Shown piece after piece: positions 56,566-64,000 of a stretch of 64,000 nt of DNA (positions are counted from its first letter, which is position 1; each line of letters begins with the position of its first letter). Under the pieces are notes generated by a model. It did not search any database. It saw only the letters and a list, made by a program, of their open reading frames with translations, and had not been told where the DNA came from. A program made the translations under genes and the position numbers. Origin of the DNA: Frankiales bacterium (lineage in GTDB: Bacteria > Actinomycetota > Actinomycetes > Mycobacteriales > SCTD01); assembly GCA_025966135.1 (NCBI GenBank), contig JAOPVP010000046.1, positions 152,751 to 216,750 of the forward strand. Direction: 5' to 3'.

Positions 56566-59500
56566 ATGCCACCCCGTACCAAGCAGCCAGCCCCTGACCC
56601 GGCTGACCAGTCTCGCCGTGCCACTCGCACCCGCGCCCCGAAGGTGGTGACGAAGGTCCGCGTCGACGTGACGGCCGTTCTCGTGGCGCATGACGGCGCG
56701 ACCTGGCTCCCCGAAGCTCTGCGCGCTCTGGCCGCGTCCACCCGCGTCCCCGACCGAGTGATCTGCGTCGACACCGGCAGCACCGATGACAGCGTCGCCC
56801 TCATGGCCGCCGCCTACGGCGACGTCCTGCAGCTCCCGCGTTCCACCGGGTACGGCGCAGCCGTCGCCGCCGCGCTCGACGGCGCCCCGACCACGACCTG
56901 GGTCTGGCTCCTGCACGACGACATGGCTGTCGAGCCCACCACCTTGCAGGGGCTTCTCGAGCACGCCGAGAGCAGCCCCTCGGCGGGACTGCTGGGACCC
57001 AAGGTCCGCGACTGGAACGACCCGCGCGTTCTCGTCGAGGTCGGCATCACGACCGACGCCGCGGGTCACCGCGAGACCGGGCTCGAACGGCGCGAGTACG
57101 ACCAAGGACAGCACGACAGCATCCGGGACGTGCTCGCGGTCGGTACCGCTGGAGCCCTGGTCCGTCGGGACGTCTGGGACGCGGTGGGCGGACTAGACGC
57201 GCAGCTGCCGGTCTTCCGCGACGACCTGGACCTGGGCTGGAAGGTCAACGCCGCAGGGCACCGCGTCGTGGTCGTGCCGACCTCCCGGATCCGCCACGCC
57301 CGGGCCGCGACGACGGGCCACCGAGAGACCGACGCGGCTCCGGGACGCGCCACCGGCACCGACCGCAAGAACGCGCTGTACGTGCTGCTCGCGCACGTCG
57401 GGGTGCTGCGCCTGCTCGGACTGCTGCCGCGGCTCGTGCTGGCCACCGGCTTCCGCTCGCTCGCGCTGCTGCTGACCCGGCAGGTCGCGGCCGCGGGCGA
57501 TGAGTGGCGCGCGCTCGCTGGCACGCTCGGGCGCCCGGGTCGGCTGCTTGCCGCCCGCCGTGACCGGGCCGCGCTACGCAGCGTGCCGGCGGCCCAGTTA
57601 CGCCCGCTGTTCGCGTCACGGACAGTGCGGATCCGCGCCAGGCTCGGCGCGCTGGGCGACTGGATGTCCGGTGGAGGTGCCCCCGGTGCGAACCCGCTCG
57701 GCTCCCTGGGCGACCCCGGATCCGAGGGGCCGGACGACCTCGACGAGCTCGACCTGCGCAGCAGCGGCACGCTTGGTCGGTTGGTGCGGCGACCCGGCGT
57801 CCTGCTGTTCGTCGGCTTGACCCTGGTATCCCTGACGGCGGAGCGGGCCGTGCTGCCCTTCCAGGGCGGCTTGCTCTCCGGGGGCACGTTGCTCCGGGCC
57901 CCGCAGGGCGCCGAAGACCTCTGGAACTCCTACTTGGCGGCCTGGCACGACCTCACGGTGGGCACCGGCAGCGCCGCACCGCCCGGGACTGCGGCGCTCG
58001 CGGCCCTGTCGACCTTGCTGCTCGGCAAGCCCTGGCTCGCTGTCGACGTGCTGCTGCTGGCCAGCGTGCCGCTGGCGGGCGTGACCGCCTACCTCGCGGC
58101 AACTCGCCTGGTCCGTCACCTCTACCTGCGCCTGTGGGCTGCCGTCACCTGGGCGCTGCTGCCCGTCGCCACCGGCAGCATTGCCGCCGGCCGGCTCGAC
58201 ACCGCAGCTGTGCAGATCGCGCTGCCGCTGCTCGTCCTCGCCGGCGGCCGGCTGCTCACCGGGGACCCGCGGGTCACCGGCTGGTGGCGCGCCTGGGCGC
58301 TGGGGCTGGCCCTCGGTGTGACCTGCGCGTTCGCCCCGCTGCTGTGGCCGCTGGCTGCCGCTGTCCTGCTTGTCGGCGCGCTGGTCAACCTCGCCCTGCG
58401 TGGTGGGCGGCGGCGCGCCCTGGGGGCCGTCATCGTGACCGTGGTCCCCGGCGCGCTGCTGTTCCCGTGGTCCCTGGCGGCCCTCAGAGATCCCAGCGCG
58501 TTCGTCGCCGGGATCCCCGTCGTCAGTGCGAACCTGCCGGCCTGGCATCTGCTGCTGCTCGGTCCGGGTGGACCGGGGTTGCCGCCCGTGTACGTCACTG
58601 CCGGGCTCCTGGCCGTCGGCCTCGCCGGCACCGTCCGACTGCGGTTCCGTCGGCTGGCCCTGGCCTGCTGGGGGGTCGCTGTCCTCAGCCTGGTCGCCGC
58701 CGTGGCGCTGAACGACGTACGGGTGAACGGACAACCGGTCTGGCCGGGCCTGGCCCTGCAGATCTCGGGGCTCGCCATACTCGTCGCCGCCCTCATCGCG
58801 GCCGACGGGGCGCGGTCGCGACTCGCGAGGGCCAGCTTCGGGTGGCGCCAGGTGCTGTCCGGACTGCTCGCCGTGGCCGCCGCCGCCCTGCCCGTGGTCG
58901 CCGCCCTGGCCTGGGTCGTGCGGGGCGCCGATGCCCCCCTGGCACGCGGCGACCAGGTCCTGCTGCCGGCCTTTGCGCAAGCAGAGCTGGCCACGAGCCC
59001 TGGGCTGCGGGTCCTCGTGGTGGCTCCCGCCGCCCACCAGCGGGTGGCCTACGAGCTCGCGGACTCTGACGGGTCTCAGCTCGGTGAGGCGGCACTGCCG
59101 ACCCCCACCAGCCAGCGGCGCGCGCTTGATGCTGTTGTCGCGGACCTGGTCTCGCCCCGCGGCAGCGATGCGGCGGAGGCGCTGTCGACCCGCGCGGTCC
59201 GCTACGTCGCCATGCTCTCGGGACCGGGTACCGGCGTCCTGGCCGCAGGGCTCGACGCCCAGCCCGGCCTGGTGCGCCGCACCTCCGGAGCGGTCGTGCT
59301 GTGGCAGGTGGTCGCACCCTCCTCCCGCCTGTCCGTGCTCCCGTCTGGTCTCGCCGACTTGGCGCTCGTCGGCCAGCGCGCTCCGAGCGCGGACCTGCTG
59401 CGCACAGCGCCGCCGACCCTGCTGGCGGCGGGACGCCAGTCGGCCCGAGCCACCGTCGTACCCGGATCGGCCGGACGCCTGCTCGTGCTGGCGGACGCCA

Positions 59501-59790
59501 CCGACCCCCACTGGCGGGCCACCCTCGACGGCAAGCCGCTCGTCCGTCGTACGGCGTGGGGGTGGGCGCAGGCCTTCGTCCTGCCGAGGCAGGGTGGTCA
59601 GTTGTGGGTGCGCTACGACGGTGGACACCGCACGGCTGCTCTGTGGGTCGAGGGCGTGCTGGTCGTGGTCGTCCTTGTCCTGTCCGCGCCCGGAGCCCGC
59701 CGCGGACGTGGTCTGGAGGATGACGTCGCTCTGGAGGACGATGACGTGACGGCATCCGGTGACCGCCTCGCAGCGGTGGGGGCGCTGTGA
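56566..59790 (+). CDS. GT2 glycosyltransferase fused to a large multi-pass membrane domain
   Basis: VLVAHDGATWL, VDTGSTD, WLLHDD, LGPK, FRDDLDLGW; many TM helices; start uncertain. Confidence 0.85.
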   Translation: MPPRTKQPAPDPADQSRRATRTRAPKVVTKVRVDVTAVLVAHDGATWLPEALRALAASTRVPDRVICVDTGSTDDSVALMAAAYGDVLQLPRSTGYGAAVAAALDGAPTTTWVWLLHDDMAVEPTTLQGLLEHAESSPSAGLLGPKVRDWNDPRVLVEVGITTDAAGHRETGLERREYDQGQHDSIRDVLAVGTAGALVRRDVWDAVGGLDAQLPVFRDDLDLGWKVNAAGHRVVVVPTSRIRHARAATTGHRETDAAPGRATGTDRKNALYVLLAHVGVLRLLGLLPRLVLATGFRSLALLLTRQVAAAGDEWRALAGTLGRPGRLLAARRDRAALRSVPAAQLRPLFASRTVRIRARLGALGDWMSGGGAPGANPLGSLGDPGSEGPDDLDELDLRSSGTLGRLVRRPGVLLFVGLTLVSLTAERAVLPFQGGLLSGGTLLRAPQGAEDLWNSYLAAWHDLTVGTGSAAPPGTAALAALSTLLLGKPWLAVDVLLLASVPLAGVTAYLAATRLVRHLYLRLWAAVTWALLPVATGSIAAGRLDTAAVQIALPLLVLAGGRLLTGDPRVTGWWRAWALGLALGVTCAFAPLLWPLAAAVLLVGALVNLALRGGRRRALGAVIVTVVPGALLFPWSLAALRDPSAFVAGIPVVSANLPAWHLLLLGPGGPGLPPVYVTAGLLAVGLAGTVRLRFRRLALACWGVAVLSLVAAVALNDVRVNGQPVWPGLALQISGLAILVAALIAADGARSRLARASFGWRQVLSGLLAVAAAALPVVAALAWVVRGADAPLARGDQVLLPAFAQAELATSPGLRVLVVAPAAHQRVAYELADSDGSQLGEAALPTPTSQRRALDAVVADLVSPRGSDAAEALSTRAVRYVAMLSGPGTGVLAAGLDAQPGLVRRTSGAVVLWQVVAPSSRLSVLPSGLADLALVGQRAPSADLLRTAPPTLLAAGRQSARATVVPGSAGRLLVLADATDPHWRATLDGKPLVRRTAWGWAQAFVLPRQGGQLWVRYDGGHRTAALWVEGVLVVVVLVLSAPGARRGRGLEDDVALEDDDVTASGDRLAAVGAL

Positions 59791-61289
59791 CGCGCCGCCG
59801 CTTGAGCCTCCCGCCGGTCGGCACCCTCGTCGTCGTTGCCCTGCTCGCCGGAGTCACCACGGTCGGCGTGAACACGTCCCGCCGGCCTGCCGCCCCCACG
59901 GCCCCCGCCTCGGTCGAGGTGGTCGGGTCGACCGCGGTCTGCCCCGACCTGCGGGTGAACAACAACGGGCTCACCAGCCGGGCCAGCGTCGGCGCTGCGC
60001 CCCTGCCGCCCGGGCGTACCGCCACCGGCGGCTCGGTCGAGGCCTTCGCGAACTCGACCCCTGCGGCGATCAAGAAGCTGCCCATCAACGGGCCCGGACA
60101 GGTCTCGGTGGGCCTCGGGACGAAGCTCAACTCCGATGCGCTCGTGGTGAATTCCACCGGGCCGCTCTCGGCCGGCCTCGAGGCGGAGCAGGTGACCCGT
60201 GGCGAGAACGGTCGTGACCGCGGCCTCGCCGGCCTGCGTTGCGACCCGCCCCGGACCGAAGCGTGGTTCGTGGGGGGTGGGACCTCTGTGGACGACGTCA
60301 CCATCCTCGTGCTGGCCAACGTCGATGACACACCCGCCACCGTCGACGTCGCGGTCTTCTCCAAGACGGGCCCTGTCGACCCCCGGGCCGGTCAGGGGCT
60401 CACGATCGAGCCCCACACCCGGGCGATCATCAACATGGACACCCTCGCTCCGGACCGGACGCTCCTCGCCGTCCACGTACTCAGCCGCCGTGGTCGCGTC
60501 GCTGCGGCCTTGCGGCAGTCGACAGTCACCAACTCGGTGCCACAGGGGGTCGACTGGGTCCCGCAGTCGGTGCCGCCGTCGACCAGCGTTGTGGTCCCTG
60601 GCATCCCGATGGTCGGGAACGGCCAGAGGTCGGTTCTGGTCTCCAACCCCGGAGGGGACGACACCGACGTCTCGATCCAGGTCACCGCTTCGGACAGCCA
60701 GTTCGTGCCGGTCGGGCTCGACCGGATCCCGGTGCCGGCTGGTTCCAGTGTCGCGATCCGGGTCGACCCGCTGGCGCTCCGCTCGGCTCTCGGGGTGCGC
60801 GTCGTCAGCACCGGCGCCCCAGTCCTGGCGGGAGCCTTCGTCAGCGACAGGCAGATCGGGCTCGTGCAGGAGTACGCCTACAGCGGCGGCAGCCTTCCCC
60901 TGTCCGGTCCGGCCCTCATGACGGACCTCGTCATCAACCCCCCGACCGAGAGCACCTTGATCCTCACCGCGCCGGACACCGCCGCCAAGGTCGTGGTGAC
61001 CCCGATCCGGGTGCTGGGGACAGGAGGGGCGCTGCCCGCTCCGAAGCTCCTGACCGTGCCGGCCGGACGCACGGTGATGCTGAGGCTGTCGACGTTCTAC
61101 CCACCGGGCGCGACGGTCCAGTTGGCGCTCGAGGTGCGTCCCCAGCCTGGTTCGGGCCCGGTCTACGCCGGCCGCTACCTGCGTGAGCACGGGCTGCGCG
61201 GGCCGCTCACCACTCTCCTCGACCTGCAAGGGCCGGCGCAGCGCGTCAGCCGCCCGCTCGTGGTCCAGGACCCCCAGCTCGGGAACTAG
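59787..61289 (+). CDS. DUF5719 family secreted/anchored protein
   Basis: N-terminal hydrophobic helix, VCP, C..P....WFVGGG, LVLAN, LVSNPG; usual partner of the upstream GT2. Confidence 0.78.
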   Translation: MTRRRLSLPPVGTLVVVALLAGVTTVGVNTSRRPAAPTAPASVEVVGSTAVCPDLRVNNNGLTSRASVGAAPLPPGRTATGGSVEAFANSTPAAIKKLPINGPGQVSVGLGTKLNSDALVVNSTGPLSAGLEAEQVTRGENGRDRGLAGLRCDPPRTEAWFVGGGTSVDDVTILVLANVDDTPATVDVAVFSKTGPVDPRAGQGLTIEPHTRAIINMDTLAPDRTLLAVHVLSRRGRVAAALRQSTVTNSVPQGVDWVPQSVPPSTSVVVPGIPMVGNGQRSVLVSNPGGDDTDVSIQVTASDSQFVPVGLDRIPVPAGSSVAIRVDPLALRSALGVRVVSTGAPVLAGAFVSDRQIGLVQEYAYSGGSLPLSGPALMTDLVINPPTESTLILTAPDTAAKVVVTPIRVLGTGGALPAPKLLTVPAGRTVMLRLSTFYPPGATVQLALEVRPQPGSGPVYAGRYLREHGLRGPLTTLLDLQGPAQRVSRPLVVQDPQLGN

Positions 61290-61744
61290 CCCGGCGGGTC
61301 GATCACGTCAGGATCGAGCCCGAGGAGCTGGGCGACCTGGTCGACCACCACCTCGTGCACGAGGTCACTGAGGTCACCACGGTCGCTCGCGCGCGCCTCC
61401 AGCGGTCGCCGGTAGACGACCACCCGGGCGGGGGAGGTGACATCGGCTGCCAGGAGCCGCCCGAGCGGCACGGGCCCGCCAGCGGTCTCATCGGCGACCA
61501 CGCCCTCGTCCCAGCCGGATCCGGGCGGCGGCACGTCCTCGACGGCGAACTCCACGCCCTCGAGCTCGGCGGACCAGCGCCGCTCGAGGTCGCTGATCGC
61601 GTCCCGGACGAGATCGTCGAAGCGCTCCGAGCGGGTCCGCGCCAGTGGGACGTGGACCTCGGTCCCGGCCACCAGCACTGACGGGGCCACCAACCGCCCG
61701 CGCAGGCCACGGCCGTGCCGTTCGCGCCTTCGAGTCCCGCCCAC
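61286..61744 (-). CDS. Zincin-like metallopeptidase family protein (Rv3259-like)
   Basis: RRERHGRGLRG, RSERFDDLV, VEFAVEDVP, VVYRRPLE, HEVVVDQVA. Confidence 0.88.
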   Translation of the reverse strand: MGGTRRRERHGRGLRGRLVAPSVLVAGTEVHVPLARTRSERFDDLVRDAISDLERRWSAELEGVEFAVEDVPPPGSGWDEGVVADETAGGPVPLGRLLAADVTSPARVVVYRRPLEARASDRGDLSDLVHEVVVDQVAQLLGLDPDVIDPPG

Positions 61745-61873
61745 CCGCCAAGCCTGGCACAGATCCCCTGGGCGGCCAGATAGTCCGGAAAGCGGCGGTT
61801 CGCCGGTCGCGGGACCGCGACACGGCCGGACCTGGTGGTCGCGGGGGCCATCGGGGGACTAGCGTACTGCCGC

Positions 61874-62224
61874 GTGAGTCCTGTCCGGCGGTGCTCCCGC
61901 ACCGCGTGCGCCCTGCCCGCCGTGGCCACGCTCACCTACGTCTACGCCGACTCCACCGCGGTCGTGGGCCCCCTCGCCACCTACGCCGAGCCGCACACCT
62001 ACGACCTGTGCGACGCCCACGCCTCCCGCCTCACCGCCCCGCGTGGGTGGGAGGTCGTGCGGCACGACCCCGACCCTCAGCAGACAGGGGTCCGCAGCAG
62101 CGACGACCTCGAGGCCCTGGCCGACGCCGTGCGGGAAGCCGCCCGCCCGGCCGGCGAACGACCAGGCCTGCAGGAGACGAGCGGCCGGCGGGGCCACCTC
62201 CGCGCGCTCCCCACACCCAGCTAG
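61874..62224 (+). CDS. DUF3499 family protein (Rv3258c-like)
   Basis: RRCSRTAC, AVATLTYVYADSTAVVGPL, YDLC..H, APRGW, DDLEALADAVRE, RRGHLR. Confidence 0.92.
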   Translation: MSPVRRCSRTACALPAVATLTYVYADSTAVVGPLATYAEPHTYDLCDAHASRLTAPRGWEVVRHDPDPQQTGVRSSDDLEALADAVREAARPAGERPGLQETSGRRGHLRALPTPS

Positions 62225-62264
62225 TGTCCGTTTTGTAGCTATATGCGACAGACACGCCGGTTGC

Positions 62265-62291
62265 TCAAGGGATTGCCGCGTTGGTCCGAAA
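62265..62291 (+). promoter_or_regulatory. Candidate sigma-28 (FliA/WhiG-type) promoter of the small zinc-ribbon gene
   Basis: CTCAAG - 15 nt - TCCGAAA, about 10 nt before the ATG at 62302. Confidence 0.45.
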
Positions 62292-62301
62292 GGGTGAACA
62301 G

Positions 62302-62538
62302 ATGACCGCCCGCTTCCCTGGAGTGCAGATGTCCCTCGTCACCACGCCCGTCAGCCAGCTCGCCGTCTGCGCTCAGTGCGCCGGGACGCGCGTCACGCGC
62401 ATCACGATGACGCTGACCGACGGCTCCGTCGTGGACTTCGCCTCCTGCCACACCTGCGAGCACAAGACCTGGACAGAGGCGGGCACCGGCCTTGACGTGA
62501 GCGACGTCCTGCGCAAGGCACAGAAGGTCCGCGCCTAG
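62302..62538 (+). CDS. Small zinc-ribbon protein (CxxC ... CxxC)
   Basis: CAQC and CHTC pairs, MTLTDGSVVDF hairpin. Confidence 0.78.
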   Translation: MTARFPGVQMSLVTTPVSQLAVCAQCAGTRVTRITMTLTDGSVVDFASCHTCEHKTWTEAGTGLDVSDVLRKAQKVRA

Positions 62539-62559
62539 ACACGGTCTAGCCTTCGTCGG

Positions 62560-63921
62560 GTGACTGACCTCTCCAACATCGTCAAGGCCTACGACGTCCG
62601 TGGTCTCGTCCCCGACGAGCTCGATGCGGACATCGCGCGGGCGCTGGGAGCCGCGTTCGCACGGTTCGCTGGCGCGCCCAAGATCGTCACCGCGCGCGAC
62701 ATGCGAGCCTCGGGCGTGGAACTCGGCACGGCGTTCGCTGAAGGGGTGACCAGCCAGGGCGTCGACGTCGTCGAGTCGGGGCTCGGGTCGACCGACCTGC
62801 TGTACTACGCCGCCGGGTCGATGGACCTGCCCGGAGCGATGTTCACGGCCTCGCACAACCCCGCGAAGTACAACGGCATCAAGCTCTGCCTGTCCGGTGC
62901 GAGGCCGGTGGGGCAGGAGAGCGGGCTCGTCCAGATCCGCGAAGACGCGGAACGCTTTCTGGAGGAAGGCATCCCCGCGGCGGGCAAGACCGGCACCGTG
63001 ACGCAGCAGGACGTACTGACGGACTACGCGTCCTACATGAAGGGGCTCGTCCCAGACCTCGTGGGCATCCGCCCGCTGAAGGTCGTCGTGGACGCCGGCA
63101 ACGGCATGGGCGGCCACACCGTGCCGACCACCTTTGCCGGGCTGCCGCTGGACGTGACCGAGCTGTACTTCGAGCTCGACGGCTCCTTCCCGAACCACGA
63201 GGCCAACCCGATCGACCCGGAGAACCTGCGTGACCTGCAGGCCGCGGTGCGCGCCGGCGGTGCCGACCTCGGGCTGGCCTTCGACGGCGACGCCGACCGC
63301 TGCTTCGTCGTCGACGAGCGGGGTGACATCGTCAGTCCCTCGACACTGACCGCGCTCATCGCCGCTCGGGAGCTGCGCCGCGAGCCGGGCTCGACGATCA
63401 TCCACAACCTCATCACCTCGCGATCGGTGCCGGAGGTCGTCGCTGAGCTCGGCGGCACGCCGGTCCGCACCCGGGTCGGCCACAGCTACATCAAGGCCGA
63501 GATGGCCCGCACCGGAGCCGTCTTCGGCGGTGAGCACTCCGGCCACTTCTACTTCCGCGACTTCTGGAACGCCGACTCCGGCATGCTCGCCGCCCTGCAC
63601 GTCATCGGCGCCTTGGGACAGCAGGACGGTCCGCTGTCCAGCCTGCTGTCGTCGTACGAGCGGTACGTCGCCTCGGGCGAGATCAACTCCACCGTCACCG
63701 ACCAGGCCGCCGCGCTCGCCCAGATCAAGCAGAGGTACGCCGACAAGCCGCAGGACGAGCTGGACGGACTGACCGTCGACCTCGGGGGTGGCGCCTGGTT
63801 CAACGTTCGGGCCTCCAACACCGAGCCGCTGCTGCGCCTCAACGTCGAGGCCAAGGACGAGGCCACCATGGTTGGTGTCCGCGATGAGGTCCTGGCCCTG
63901 ATCCGTGGGTCGCTAGGGTGA
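62560..63921 (+). CDS. manB: Phosphomannomutase / phosphoglucomutase
   Basis: KAYDVRG, TASHNP, FDGDADR, GGEHSGH, RASNTEP. Confidence 0.95.
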   Translation: MTDLSNIVKAYDVRGLVPDELDADIARALGAAFARFAGAPKIVTARDMRASGVELGTAFAEGVTSQGVDVVESGLGSTDLLYYAAGSMDLPGAMFTASHNPAKYNGIKLCLSGARPVGQESGLVQIREDAERFLEEGIPAAGKTGTVTQQDVLTDYASYMKGLVPDLVGIRPLKVVVDAGNGMGGHTVPTTFAGLPLDVTELYFELDGSFPNHEANPIDPENLRDLQAAVRAGGADLGLAFDGDADRCFVVDERGDIVSPSTLTALIAARELRREPGSTIIHNLITSRSVPEVVAELGGTPVRTRVGHSYIKAEMARTGAVFGGEHSGHFYFRDFWNADSGMLAALHVIGALGQQDGPLSSLLSSYERYVASGEINSTVTDQAAALAQIKQRYADKPQDELDGLTVDLGGGAWFNVRASNTEPLLRLNVEAKDEATMVGVRDEVLALIRGSLG

Positions 63922-63925
63922 CGGC

Positions 63926-64000
63926 ATGAAGCTTGACGCTGCGCTCCTCGAGATCCTCGCCTGCCCTGACTGCAAGGCCGCGCTGAAGGCCGATGACGCC
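63926..64000 (+). CDS. Trm112 family protein, N-terminal fragment (runs off the window)
   Basis: MKLDAALLEILACPDCK; usual neighbour of manB. Confidence 0.85.
   Translation, partial: MKLDAALLEILACPDCKAALKADDA

Noticed and set aside
61286-61744. Degenerate HExxH (HEVVV) suggesting a pseudogene
   Set aside because: This degenerate motif is normal for the Rv3259-like family and the ORF is intact

Overview
Very GC-rich actinobacterial chromosomal DNA (Frankiales/Geodermatophilales-like by gene content; taxonomy is inference). No rRNA, tRNA, IS element, prophage or CRISPR array was recognised. Layout: (1) 1-2262, end of an amino-acid catabolic operon (aldehyde dehydrogenase, PLP fold-III enzyme, ornithine cyclodeaminase family). 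(2) 2282-12890, a D-xylose locus (xylA, xylB, xylFGH, two ROK regulators, two Gfo/Idh/MocA oxidoreductases) with two copies of a candidate ROK operator. (3) FKBP lipoprotein, ndh and a Ca2+/cation antiporter under a yybP-ykoY riboswitch. (4) 16.7-64 kb, the conserved actinobacterial backbone TIGR03089-LCP-rmlD-wbbL-manC-fbiBA-whiB-DUF3499-manB-Trm112. Between rmlD and wbbL lies a ~21.6 kb surface-glycan cassette: Wzm/Wzt, tandem Gmd-like enzymes, three SAM methyltransferases, four GT4 and two GT2 enzymes, a GT-C-like membrane protein, a flippase-like protein, a secreted Cys-rich protein and a SpoIID enzyme with four NBR1-like Ig repeats. Most notable oddities: a beta-domain inserted in two glycosyltransferases in circularly permuted order, a probable CTG start codon, sigma-28-like promoters on two genes, a large coiled-coil protein with a histone-like KPAK tail between fbiC and whiB, and a pervasive leaderless-promoter signature. 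All product calls come from motif recognition by eye; no database search was run.
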